Below, one piece after another: positions 29,428-38,972 of a stretch of DNA of 64,000 nucleotides. Position numbers and translations under genes: made by a program. Under the pieces are notes generated by a model. It was given only the letters and a program-made list of their open reading frames with translations. It had not been told where the DNA came from and searched no databases. The DNA lies in assembly GCA_049700835.1 (NCBI GenBank), contig JBNAUL010000001.1, positions 182,043 through 246,042 on the forward strand, read 5' to 3'. The number at the start of each line of letters is the position of its first letter. Position 1 is the stretch's first letter. The DNA comes from Candidatus Woesearchaeota archaeon (GTDB taxonomy: Archaea; Nanobdellota; Nanobdellia; Woesearchaeales; WAPY01).

Positions 29428-30579
29428 CTAAATTGCTAAAATTCCGAGAACATCCAAAACCTGATAAATTATCCCAAATATGAACAAGAGCACCAATGCT
29501 GCGTCAATAATAGCATTGCCCTTTATTGAAAATTCAGGTTTTTTGTCTCCAAACTTAAGGGCTTTTCTGTGCATGAAAACTATTAAAATTCCAACAATTC
29601 CTCCTGTTACAGCACCTGTTACAGAGATTATTTCTATGAAGTTTTTTATTCCAGATAAAAACAATAACAGAGGGATGAAGAGAGCCAAGAACCAAGCCAA
29701 CTTATTGTTTAATTTAAAATCATAAATGTACATCTCTTTTAATGCAAGCCCTAAAGCCAAAAAACTGGTAGTTATTGTTGTTAATCCCATGAGCAGCCCA
29801 ATCTTAACTGCTATCGGGTTCACGAAATTTATCAGCCCTGTAAAAGCATTCTCTGTTGTTAAACTGCCTGAAACCCCAACAATCAGCAAGGAAAAAATTA
29901 TGTAAACAATCATTGGTACCAAACTTCCAATAATTATTGCGTTTTTTAAGAGTTTTTTCTCGTTGTTAACCTCTTCAAGCATCTCTGGAAGAGCAACCTC
30001 TCCTAAAAATGCGAAAAGCACAACTCCATAAGGTATAAAGAATTTTTTCATGTTTATGCTGCTTAAATTAACAAAATTGATTTTTGGAATGCAAATGAAA
30101 GCAAGTAGAGTTACTATTCCGAGCAGAAGAAACATCATTACCAATTCAGAACGCTCAACAACATTAAGCCCAAAATAGACCATAAGGGCAATAACAGAAA
30201 AGACAACTATGCTGAAAACAAGAGGGCTGAAACCCAAGATTGTGTTTGCAAAAAGCTCTGACAAAAACTCACCACTCATTATTAGATATGCAGTTATTGC
30301 TCCGTAAATAGCGAATATCATGTATATAGTCATAAATATTTTTCCCTTTATTCCCAAATATTTTTCAGCATAGCCTGTAAGTTGATGTGTTTCCTTTGTT
30401 CTAAGCAAAATCTCTCCTAAATACAGGTGAACTATTAAGAAGAGAATTCCGATTATTACTATATTCAAAAGCCCAGTTAAAAAACCGGCTCTTGAAACAA
30501 CATAGGGAATTCCTAAAATTCCTGCCCCTATGATGCATCCAGTCAGAGTTGCTGTTGCTTCCAAAAGTCTTCTGTTCAT
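29428..30579 (-). CDS. Amino acid permease (aromatic/hydroxy amino acid HAAAP-type transporter family)
   Basis: 383 aa. About 11 TM helices. N-terminal GCIIGAGILGIPY signature, as in the Trp/Tyr permease family. Confidence 0.65.
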   Translation of the reverse strand: MNRRLLEATATLTGCIIGAGILGIPYVVSRAGFLTGLLNIVIIGILFLIVHLYLGEILLRTKETHQLTGYAEKYLGIKGKIFMTIYMIFAIYGAITAYLIMSGEFLSELFANTILGFSPLVFSIVVFSVIALMVYFGLNVVERSELVMMFLLLGIVTLLAFICIPKINFVNLSSINMKKFFIPYGVVLFAFLGEVALPEMLEEVNNEKKLLKNAIIIGSLVPMIVYIIFSLLIVGVSGSLTTENAFTGLINFVNPIAVKIGLLMGLTTITTSFLALGLALKEMYIYDFKLNNKLAWFLALFIPLLLFLSGIKNFIEIISVTGAVTGGIVGILIVFMHRKALKFGDKKPEFSIKGNAIIDAALVLLFIFGIIYQVLDVLGILAI

Positions 30580-30599
30580 AAAAAAACCTTTTTTATTAG

Positions 30600-30711
30600 T
30601 GGGGACACAGGGATTTGAACCCTGATTGGTCGGTTTCTTCTTTCATCGCGAAAAGCTCAAAGCTCCAAAAAACTGGAGCCGACTGTTCTAGCCAGGTTGA
30701 ACTATGTCCCC
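30600..30711 (-). tRNA. tRNA-Trp (anticodon CCA) with a 38-nt intron at 37/38
   Basis: Minus strand: acceptor GGGGACA/TGTCCCC with discriminator A; D-arm GTTC..GAAC; anticodon stem GTCGG/CCGAC with loop CU-CCA-G[intron]A; T-arm CAGGG-TTCAAAT-CCCTG. Confidence 0.7.
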
Positions 30712-30756
30712 GTTAAAAAATTAAAATAGGGTTTTGTTTTTTAAATCTTTCTGATA

Positions 30757-31107
30757 CTAGTAAAATTTAAACTTTTCCCCAACTTTGATGTTCTTAAAAG
30801 CATTTATTGCTTCCTTTTCAGCAAATTCCAAAACAAACTTTGCCTTATACTTTGGAGTGTAAAATGTAAAAGGTTTCAAGATTTTTTTCTCAACAACAAA
30901 CATTTTCTTGTCAAGAAAAACAACAAGAATTGGATAGAAAACAAAGAGCATGTGCAAGCTTATCCTCTTTTCGCAATCGAAAACAAAAAGGAGATTTTTT
31001 TTCTTTGAAAACATCAAACCCAAAAATTTTTTTAAAACGCTGCTGCAAACAATAACTCTTGCAGTTCTGTTCATGCGTTCCACATTTATTTTTCTAACTG
31101 AACTCAT
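30757..31107 (-). CDS. DUF192 (COG1430) family protein
   Basis: 116 aa. GLMF...LLFVF...HMLFV..P..VVFLD...YVLEF.. spacing resembles the DUF192 fold. Confidence 0.45.
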   Translation of the reverse strand: MSSVRKINVERMNRTARVIVCSSVLKKFLGLMFSKKKNLLFVFDCEKRISLHMLFVFYPILVVFLDKKMFVVEKKILKPFTFYTPKYKAKFVLEFAEKEAINAFKNIKVGEKFKFY

Positions 31108-31277
31108 CTTGCTAAAGTTTTCATTTTTAATAAAAAATTGAAATAATCGCTTTTATGTTATAAATTTTTAGTAAGTTTTTTAAATAAGCGTTGAACACAT
31201 TATTATTTTTATTGCATTCATAATTTTTATAAATAACCTTCATAAAAGCTTTATAAAAGCGTGTTAAGGTTGGGATT

Positions 31278-31598
31278 ATGGACAAGAAACTAATAAAGGA
31301 CTCCTTGGAATTGAGCAAACTGGCAGAAAGAATAACCAAAAACAACAATTTGGAAGATATTTCAAATATACTCTTGATATGCAGAGAATCAATAATAAGA
31401 TTGAGTAGGAATCCAGGGCAGGTTGAAAACCAAATAATGAAACTGCTTTTGGACATGCAAAACCATGCTGAGAACCTTTTGGCAGAAGGGCAACACAAGG
31501 CAAAAAATCCTGATGGGAAGAGAGCAGAATACATTTTGAAGGATGCTAATGAAATTAAAAAATTAGTAGTTAGTTACATAGAAAAGAATTTCTCATAA
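31278..31598 (+). CDS. Hypothetical helical protein
   Basis: 106 aa charged helical ORF. Preferred over the overlapping antisense low-complexity ORF 31127-31534. Confidence 0.3.
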   Translation: MDKKLIKDSLELSKLAERITKNNNLEDISNILLICRESIIRLSRNPGQVENQIMKLLLDMQNHAENLLAEGQHKAKNPDGKRAEYILKDANEIKKLVVSYIEKNFS

Positions 31599-31614
31599 GA
31601 ATTTTGAAAGAATT

Positions 31615-32019
31615 TTAACCTTTTGTTTCTTTTCTTATGCTCTTTAAAACAATGTTCTTGTTGTTAATATTTGTTATCATTATTAAACCCTGCTTTTTCA
31701 GTTCTTCGAGATACCTGTAAAAAGATGCCTTTGAACAATACGAAAGCTGATCCACGATGAAATACTTTAAGTCAGGAAGTTCAATGCCGTTTTCTTTTAT
31801 TACTTCAAGAATCTTTTTCTTTATTATGTTCTTCCTCTTCTTTCTGAAATTTCTTAGTATTTCGTTCTTTAATCCAGAGTTCTCCTTTTTGAACTCATTC
31901 ATGGCCTCTCTAACAGCTTCTTTTACGAGCTCCTTTTGCATGAGCAGAAAATTGTTTTGGAGCTGAGAATACATTTTCTTTAATTCCTCAATTTCTTTTT
32001 TTATCTCAGACATCCCCAT
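31615..32019 (-). CDS. Putative transcriptional regulator with C-terminal winged-helix DNA-binding domain and N-terminal coiled coil
   Basis: 134 aa. C-terminal wHTH-like segment (DQLSYCSKASFYRYLEELKKQGLIMI). Divergent from the giant surface protein gene, with paired palindromic sites in the shared intergenic region. Confidence 0.45.
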   Translation of the reverse strand: MGMSEIKKEIEELKKMYSQLQNNFLLMQKELVKEAVREAMNEFKKENSGLKNEILRNFRKKRKNIIKKKILEVIKENGIELPDLKYFIVDQLSYCSKASFYRYLEELKKQGLIMITNINNKNIVLKSIRKETKG

Positions 32020-32084
32020 CTTATGCCGTTGTTGTTATTAGAGTTTAAAAAGATTTCTATATTTGAGATAGTATTAAGACAGAA

Positions 32085-32183
32085 CTGAGACACCCCTTCA
32101 TTTCCTGTGGAAATCAAAAACAAGAATTTTTCCGACTAAGAAAAAATTTGTAATAAAAGACACCCCATTATTTCCTATGGAAA
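32085..32183. promoter_or_regulatory. Two copies of a 27-bp motif GAGACACCCC(T/A)T(C/T)ATTTCC(T)(G/A)TGGAAA, 70 bp apart, each ending in a palindrome TTTCCnnnGGAAA. Additional TGAGACA half-sites follow.
   Basis: Repeats at 32085-32113 and 32155-32183. Palindromes tttcctgtggaaa and tttcctatggaaa. TGAGACA is reiterated at 32184-32205. The region lies between the divergent wHTH gene (start 32019) and the giant surface protein gene (start 32425). Confidence 0.4.
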
Positions 32184-32424
32184 ATTGAGACATAATTGAG
32201 ACAAAGTAGAAAATAAAATTTGTTTTTAAAAGTTTAAAAAGTACAAGAAAGGAACTCTTTGAACTTAGCATTATAAAATCTTTGTTTTTTTAGAAATTGA
32301 AAAGGAAAAGTTTTTCACTTTAAGATTTATACAAATGTTTATAAGCATTTTATTTTTATTTATAAAAATTGCAAAAAGAATAATAAAACTAAAAAATGAT
32401 AAAATTAAAAAAGGGGTGTTTTCA

Positions 32425-35400
32425 ATGAATAAAAAAACTGCTATAATTATATCTTCAATTATTTTTGCATTATTAATTCTCTTATTTTCCAGAGCAGGAA
32501 ATGCTGCAATGACAATAACACTGAACAGCCCTGCTAATAACACATGGCACAAATCCTTGCCTATCGAATTTAATTATACCCCTATCAGCGATAATGATAG
32601 CGTTATCTTAAATTGCAGTTTAATAACAAATGAAAGTTCTTGGCCTTTCCTAGCACAAAACGATACAGAAATTGAGAACAATACAATCAACACATTTACT
32701 TACAATTTCAGTGGTTCTGAAGGTTATTTTCTTTGGAACGTTCAATGTCATTTAGATTACACAGAAATTTTATATTATGCAAATGAAAACAGAACAGTGA
32801 TGATTGATTATACAAATCCTTCTACCAATGCAACACTTAAAAGTTCTGATGGAAACTTATATACCTCAGGGACTTGGATTAATAGCGAATACATAAATAT
32901 AACTCTTACTTGTCAAGATAATCTTAGCGGTTGTGATAAAATTTATTATTGTACTGATTCTGATAATACTTGCACTCCAACTTCTGAGTATTCAAGTACT
33001 TTTAATGTAAGTGGTGAGGGAATAACTTATGTTAGATTTTATAGTAAGGATGTTGCTGGTAATAGTGAGGTTGTGCAGAATGTTAGTATTAATATAGACA
33101 GAACCTATCCTATTATTGATTTTGTTAGTCCTACCGAGAGTTCTGGTGTTAGTGTTAGTAGGGATTGGGTTGTTGTTAATGTTACTGTTACAGAGTTGAA
33201 TTTAGCAAACTTGACTTATTTCTTGTATAATTCTTCTTCTTTGGTTAATGCGACGACTTTTTCAAACATAAGTATGGTGAATTTTACTGGTTTGGGAGAT
33301 GGTGTTTATTTTTATAATGCTTCTGCTTGTGATTTGGCTGGTAATTGCAATTATACAACGACAATGAATATTACTTTGGATACAACTCCGCCTGTGACTT
33401 CTGCTTCTGGCAAGTTGCCTGATGATTCTAATTATACTTTTAATACTTGGATTAATGCTGATTATGTAAATATAACTCTTACTTGTCAAGATAATCTTAG
33501 CGGTTGTGATAAAATTTATTATTGTACTGATTCTGATAATACTTGCACTCCAAACCTTAATTATTCAGGGATTATTCCTATACTTAATGAAAGTGTAAGT
33601 TATGTTAGGTTTTACAGCAACGACACTCTTGGCAATGAAGAATCAGTCAAAAACATAACTGTAAAGATAGACAGAACTCAACCATTGATCACGCATATTG
33701 AATTACAACCTGAATTAAGTTATTACGGGCCTTCTGTAAGCAATTTGGTTTTATTGGTAAACTTCACAGATGAAACTTCAGGGGTTAATTTTTGCAATTA
33801 CACAATATATTATCCAAATGCAACTCCATACCTTGAAAATCAGGATACAGATAATGACAATGGAATTTCAGGCCAGGCAAATGGAACATTTCCAATGCCT
33901 AATCTGACAGGAATTTATGCAATAAACATTACATGTTATGATGCTGCTGGTTTGTTTGTTCAAAATTCAACAACATTTAACTTAGACCTTGAAAATCCAA
34001 TTGCAGAGTTGGCATTATTGCCTACTTATGTTAATGGAATTGTTGAAATAAACGGAACAGCAAATGACAATCAAAATTTATTTAATTACACAATAAACAT
34101 TATAAATTCAACCTCAGGTGTTGTTTTAACCTATACAAACGACACAGCAAAAAATAATGAATTACTGCACTCCTTTAACTCTTCAGCGTTTGAAAACGGG
34201 CTTTACACAATACAATTAATAGTTTACGATTCTGCAGGCAATTATAATGAAACAAATATTACTACAACAATTGATAATGAACCTCCAACCACAACTTGCA
34301 CAGCAGATGATTTGTGGCATAATAGTGATATGACTATTTACTTAATTGCCATCGATGCTTTGTCAGGGGTAAATGTCACTTATTATTGCACAGGAGAAAA
34401 TTGCACTCCAACAAATGTTTATGATAATCTGACAGGAATTGATATAACATCTGAAGGCACTACTGCAATAAAATACTATTCCATTGATAATCTTAACAAT
34501 GCAGAAACAACAAAAAATTGCAGCGTCAAGATAGACAAGACAAAACCAACAACATCTGACAATGTTCCTGATGGATGGCAGAATGCTCCTTATAACGTAA
34601 CAATCATTCCGCAAGATGGTTTGTCAGGAGTGAATTATACAACATACTGCTTAGATGGGAATTGCAACAATGTTTCAGGAACTTTAGAATTTAACATAGA
34701 AATAAATACCTCTGGAAATCATACAATACAGTATTTTTCAGTAGATAATGCAGGAAATATTCAGGACAATGTTACAAAATACGCTGCTTTGGATTTGAAT
34801 GCGCCAAAAATAAACTCCGCATGGTTAGGAGAACCAGATATATTTTATTCTCCTTATCCTGAAAACAGCATAATAACAATTTATGCAAACATAACAGATG
34901 AACATTCAGGAATTAAAAATGTGCTTGCAAACTTTTCAGGTCTAAGTTGCGGAGAAAAAAATATGACTTATAATTCAAGTTCAGGGCTTTATGAAACAAG
35001 CTGCGATGCGAGTTATGACGCTGAAACTAAGAACTTTGAAAATGTTATTCTTAAAATAATAGCTTATGACAATGTGGAGAATGAACAAGAAACACAACTA
35101 TTGACCATTCTTTACAACATGACAACATTTGAATTTGAAAATCCTAATTGCTTCAGGCACGGCTCATTATCAACTAATTTCTCGCAACAACTTGATTTCA
35201 ACTCAGTTAATTTCATAGCAGACATTGAGATGAACCTAAGCTGTTTCGGGTTTGATGTTGGTTGGATGAAAGTAGCAACATTGAACTTTTCAACTCTTAA
35301 TTTTTCAGATCCGAGCATTGGTTCAAAACTTGCGAATTTGGCAAATGCGATAAACGTAACTCCAAAACTTCCAAGAGAACTTGGAGATGCAAGAATAGAC

Positions 35401-36888
35401 ATAAACACAACAGCATTTGCAGAACTTAACACGAATACCACGATAACTCTTTACAACCTGCCTTTTGCTTCACAGCCAAACATAACAGCAGACAATTCCT
35501 CAAAACAGGGTTCAATACGAGTAATCTCTTGGGAACCTTTCTTGATGCCATTTTTATACAACGGTTCTTTGATAGGAATACTAGGAGGAAACTTGACATT
35601 TGCGGTTGAGGGCTTTTCAGGTTACAACATAACAGAGAACATTGCTCCGACAATAAACATAACCATACCTGAAAACGGATCTTTGACAAGAAGTCCTTTT
35701 GTAAACATAACTGCAAATGGAACAGGAACAGAAATTAGCAAGGTTGTTCTGACAGTAAATGGAACAACATACTATTACAATTCCTCTGTACAAGATATTG
35801 AATGCGTTCCAATATCAGAAGGTTCAGACATATTCTACTGCGCAATAAACCTTACATCTCTGCCTGATGGAAATCATACAATAAACATAACTGCATACGA
35901 TTATGGGGGAACATCTGGAAACAGCGTAACAGGAAGTGCAGTTTTTGAATTGGACAAGACAGCCCCTGTAATAATCTTCTCGTTGAGCACCGCAACAGTT
36001 TATGTAGGTCAAACAATAACAGCAACATGCACAGCAACTGATGCAAGGGACGGAACAATAACACCAACATATACCGTTAATCCAAGCACTTCCACAGCAG
36101 GAACATTCACAACAACATGCACTGCAACAGATGCTGCTGGAAACACAGCAATATCTTCATTGACATACACTGTTAACAATTGGCCTTCAGGAGGCGGCAG
36201 TTCAGGAGGAACAGGAGTGATTGTTCCGACTGCATCAATGATTTGGGCAGTTTTGGAAGAAAACAGCGAGAAAACATTCAATGTTGCAAACAAGGATATT
36301 GATGTCACAGAATTTTCATTGAGCATTAAAAAGGCATCTTCCAATGTGATGATAAAAATAAAGAAACTCGGTTCAAAACCAAGCATTGTTCCAGAACTAA
36401 AGAATGCATACAGTTATTTGGAGATTGAAAAAACAAACTTGCAGGAAGATAATATAAACAGGATAAAGATAAAATTCAAAGTATCCAAGAAATGGTTGAA
36501 TGAAAAAGGGATTGCAAAGCAGGACATAACGCTCAATCATTACAAAAACAACAAGTGGAATGAACTCCCTACAACAATAAAATCAGAGGACTCTGAGTTT
36601 GTCTATTATGAGGCAGAAACAAGCAGTTTAAGCTACTTTGCAATTGCACAAACATCAAAACCAACTATGCCAACAACAACTCCAACTCCAACTGTAACTC
36701 CAACTCAAATACCAACACAAACACCAACACCAACAGAAACTCCTGAACAAACTCCAATGAAAACACAAACGCCTGTTAAAGAAGGAGAAAAATTGAGTGA
36801 TAAAACTTCGTTGTTGATTTTAGTTGTGCTTATTGTTGTTTTGTTGCTGCTTACATACCTGATTTATAGGAAGAAGGCATTTGTCTAA
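32425..36888 (+). CDS. Giant secreted surface protein with tandem Ig-like/beta-sandwich domains, Thr/Pro-rich stalk and C-terminal TM anchor
   Basis: 1487 aa from ATG 32425, which has a gggg SD. The listed ORF start at 32335 lies in AT-rich low-complexity sequence. Features: signal peptide, dense N-glycosylation sequons, repeated ITLTCQDNLSGCDKIYYCTDSDNTCTP modules, a PT-rich linker (PTTTPTPTVTPTQIPTQTPTPTETP), then a hydrophobic anchor and RKK tail. Confidence 0.7.
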   Translation: MNKKTAIIISSIIFALLILLFSRAGNAAMTITLNSPANNTWHKSLPIEFNYTPISDNDSVILNCSLITNESSWPFLAQNDTEIENNTINTFTYNFSGSEGYFLWNVQCHLDYTEILYYANENRTVMIDYTNPSTNATLKSSDGNLYTSGTWINSEYINITLTCQDNLSGCDKIYYCTDSDNTCTPTSEYSSTFNVSGEGITYVRFYSKDVAGNSEVVQNVSINIDRTYPIIDFVSPTESSGVSVSRDWVVVNVTVTELNLANLTYFLYNSSSLVNATTFSNISMVNFTGLGDGVYFYNASACDLAGNCNYTTTMNITLDTTPPVTSASGKLPDDSNYTFNTWINADYVNITLTCQDNLSGCDKIYYCTDSDNTCTPNLNYSGIIPILNESVSYVRFYSNDTLGNEESVKNITVKIDRTQPLITHIELQPELSYYGPSVSNLVLLVNFTDETSGVNFCNYTIYYPNATPYLENQDTDNDNGISGQANGTFPMPNLTGIYAINITCYDAAGLFVQNSTTFNLDLENPIAELALLPTYVNGIVEINGTANDNQNLFNYTINIINSTSGVVLTYTNDTAKNNELLHSFNSSAFENGLYTIQLIVYDSAGNYNETNITTTIDNEPPTTTCTADDLWHNSDMTIYLIAIDALSGVNVTYYCTGENCTPTNVYDNLTGIDITSEGTTAIKYYSIDNLNNAETTKNCSVKIDKTKPTTSDNVPDGWQNAPYNVTIIPQDGLSGVNYTTYCLDGNCNNVSGTLEFNIEINTSGNHTIQYFSVDNAGNIQDNVTKYAALDLNAPKINSAWLGEPDIFYSPYPENSIITIYANITDEHSGIKNVLANFSGLSCGEKNMTYNSSSGLYETSCDASYDAETKNFENVILKIIAYDNVENEQETQLLTILYNMTTFEFENPNCFRHGSLSTNFSQQLDFNSVNFIADIEMNLSCFGFDVGWMKVATLNFSTLNFSDPSIGSKLANLANAINVTPKLPRELGDARIDINTTAFAELNTNTTITLYNLPFASQPNITADNSSKQGSIRVISWEPFLMPFLYNGSLIGILGGNLTFAVEGFSGYNITENIAPTINITIPENGSLTRSPFVNITANGTGTEISKVVLTVNGTTYYYNSSVQDIECVPISEGSDIFYCAINLTSLPDGNHTINITAYDYGGTSGNSVTGSAVFELDKTAPVIIFSLSTATVYVGQTITATCTATDARDGTITPTYTVNPSTSTAGTFTTTCTATDAAGNTAISSLTYTVNNWPSGGGSSGGTGVIVPTASMIWAVLEENSEKTFNVANKDIDVTEFSLSIKKASSNVMIKIKKLGSKPSIVPELKNAYSYLEIEKTNLQEDNINRIKIKFKVSKKWLNEKGIAKQDITLNHYKNNKWNELPTTIKSEDSEFVYYEAETSSLSYFAIAQTSKPTMPTTTPTPTVTPTQIPTQTPTPTETPEQTPMKTQTPVKEGEKLSDKTSLLILVVLIVVLLLLTYLIYRKKAFV

Positions 36889-37209
36889 AACTGAACAAAA
36901 ATTCTTTATTTTAATTTTTTATTTTTTTAAGTTGAATAAATAAATTTCTCTTAATCAAATATAAAGTTTAGCAAAAGATATTCCAATAAAAGATAAACAA
37001 ATAACATTATTTTAATTCATTTTAATTTTTAGATTTCTTAACTCTGTTTTTAAATCTTTTTAATGTTAGAGTTTTAGATAATGTAAAGTATGTTATTCAA
37101 AGACACTTAGATATTTGCAAAGAAAACTTTAAGAAATGATTATTAAAAATATTGCCAAAATCCTGTTTTTACCTAATAATTTAAATACAGGAAGGATTTT
37201 CCAATTTTT

Positions 37210-37812
37210 ATGAAATTGCTCTGTTTTTCAGACATACACGGCGATATAAAGTCATTAAAGAGAATTGTTCTATATTCAAAGAATGTTGATTTGGTTATTT
37301 GCGCAGGGGATTTTACAGATTTCGGCAGTAAAATAAAAGGAATTCTAAAAATGCTAAATGCTTCAAGAGCAAGGGTTTTGATTATTCCTGGAAATCATGA
37401 GGAACCAAAAACCCTTGAGAGGTTGTGCAGTAGTTTTAAGAACATTTCGTATTTTCACAAGAAGCATGAAATCATAAACAACATGCTGTTCATAGGTTAT
37501 GGAACAGGAGGTTTTGCCATCAGAGATCCTGAGTTTGTAAATTTTGCAGGAAAACTAAAGAATGTTTTGCTAAAGAACAAAAAAATGTTTAAGATTTTAA
37601 TAACCCATGCTCCTCCATTTGATTCAGGAATAGATTTTATAGACGATGCTGAAAGAATGCCCTTAGGCAATAAGGACATAAGAAACTTTTTGCTAAAGAA
37701 TAAAATAGATGTCTGCATTTCAGGGCATTTTCACGAAACAGCAGGAATATTTGGCTATCTTGGCAATACCCTTGTTATTAACCCCGGAGAATTCTTTGTA
37801 TTGGAAGTATAA
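37210..37812 (+). CDS. Metallophosphoesterase (calcineurin-like phosphoesterase)
   Basis: 200 aa. Motifs DIHGD, GDFTD, GNHE, GHFHE in canonical order. Confidence 0.8.
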   Translation: MKLLCFSDIHGDIKSLKRIVLYSKNVDLVICAGDFTDFGSKIKGILKMLNASRARVLIIPGNHEEPKTLERLCSSFKNISYFHKKHEIINNMLFIGYGTGGFAIRDPEFVNFAGKLKNVLLKNKKMFKILITHAPPFDSGIDFIDDAERMPLGNKDIRNFLLKNKIDVCISGHFHETAGIFGYLGNTLVINPGEFFVLEV

Positions 37813-37844
37813 TAGAGTTTATTTTCATAAAATTTATTAATCAA

Positions 37845-38774
37845 ATGATTTTATTAAGGAATATTGGCATTATGGAAAACAAATTGACAAAAAATTGCAG
37901 GATGCTTGTCATTGCACTCCCATTCATCTTTTTCGTTTTAATCTTAAATCAAAGAGTAACTGCTCAAACATTGGAGAGTTGCAATTACATCTTCAGAATA
38001 GAGAATAGAAGGGTTTTTGTTGATCTCAAGTACAATTTTTACAGCCCAGAAATGATTGATTTGGATTTGGATTTGCCTGATGATAGCTCAAACATTGAAA
38101 TATTCCTTGACAATCAGCTCGGAAAGATAAGTTTTTTGGACAGGGATGCAAAGAAGATAAAGATAAGAAGGACGATAAGCGAACTTGAGATAAAATATGT
38201 TACAAGAGAGATGTTAAAGGACAAGCTGTTTGTTTCTGAAGTAAGGGTTCCTTACAATTGTTCAAATCTTACAGTGAGAGCAATTCTTTCTCCAGAATAT
38301 GTTCTTGAAAAGCCCATAAGAGGGGAGGATTTTGAGACAGCGACAATCTATCCAAAACCAGACAGAATAGAGAGCGATGGGCAGTCGTTAATTTTTGTCT
38401 GGTTTTTGGGAAGCACAACTAAAAACCAAAATTTTCAGTTTGTGCTTCTTGTAAAGAAGAGGTTTGAAATTATCATTGTTTTGGTTGTTTCAATAATTAT
38501 ATTCGGGGCTGCAATTATTCTATACCTTAAAAAGAAGAGCCCTGTAATTGTAAAGGTAAAAAAAATAGACAAGATGACAGACCACTTGAAAGAAGATGAA
38601 GAGCAAATAATTAACATTTTAAAGCAAAGGGGAGGGGCTTGCGAGCAGGGCACTTTAAGGGTTATAGCGGATATGTCAAAGTCAAACCTAAGTAGGATTT
38701 TAAAGGAACTTGAAGAGAGAAAAATCATTGAAAAACTGAAAAAGGGTAACAAAAATATAATTAAGTTAAAATAA
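37845..38774 (+). CDS. Membrane-anchored putative transcriptional regulator (signal peptide, extracytoplasmic domain, TM, cytoplasmic MarR-like wHTH)
   Basis: 309 aa. N-terminal signal/TM, about 180-aa extracytoplasmic region, TM helice (IIIVLVVSIIIFGAAIILYL), then a wHTH (EEQIINILKQRGGACEQGTLRVIADMSKSNLSRILKELEERKIIEK). Confidence 0.5.
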   Translation: MILLRNIGIMENKLTKNCRMLVIALPFIFFVLILNQRVTAQTLESCNYIFRIENRRVFVDLKYNFYSPEMIDLDLDLPDDSSNIEIFLDNQLGKISFLDRDAKKIKIRRTISELEIKYVTREMLKDKLFVSEVRVPYNCSNLTVRAILSPEYVLEKPIRGEDFETATIYPKPDRIESDGQSLIFVWFLGSTTKNQNFQFVLLVKKRFEIIIVLVVSIIIFGAAIILYLKKKSPVIVKVKKIDKMTDHLKEDEEQIINILKQRGGACEQGTLRVIADMSKSNLSRILKELEERKIIEKLKKGNKNIIKLK

Positions 38775-38972
38775 TATATATTGAACCTATTTGAACTTTA
38801 AATATCAATAATATGACTTGTTTTTTAAAAATAAAGCTCAAATTTTAGGGTAAAAAATATATTATTAATTGGTTTTATTACCTCTAAGCAAGCTTTATTT
38901 AGGATTTCACAGCTATATGGCTTGTTTTTTCTTTTTTTTTATTTTTTAGTAATTAAATTTTTATTTTTTTAA

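Noticed and set aside
31127-31534. 135-aa minus-strand ORF overlapping 31278-31598
   Set aside because: It is hydrophobic, low-complexity and Cys-rich. The plus-strand charged helical ORF is more protein-like, and only one of the two can be real.
32085-32205. Repeated GAGACACCCC...TTTCCnnnGGAAA motifs considered as a CRISPR mini-array
   Set aside because: There are two palindromic copies with 70-bp spacing in a divergent promoter region, which is more consistent with transcription-factor operators.
32335-32424. Upstream extension of the giant surface-protein ORF (MFISILFLFIKIAKRIIKLKNDKIKKGVFS)
   Set aside because: It is an AT-rich hydrophobic extension lacking an SD. ATG 32425 is preceded by aaggggtg and begins a canonical signal peptide.
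36889-37209. 320-bp AT-rich spacer after the giant surface gene, examined for ncRNA or repeats
   Set aside because: Only T-tracts (likely archaeal oligo-T terminators) and A/T homopolymers were seen. No structured or repeated element was recognisable by eye.
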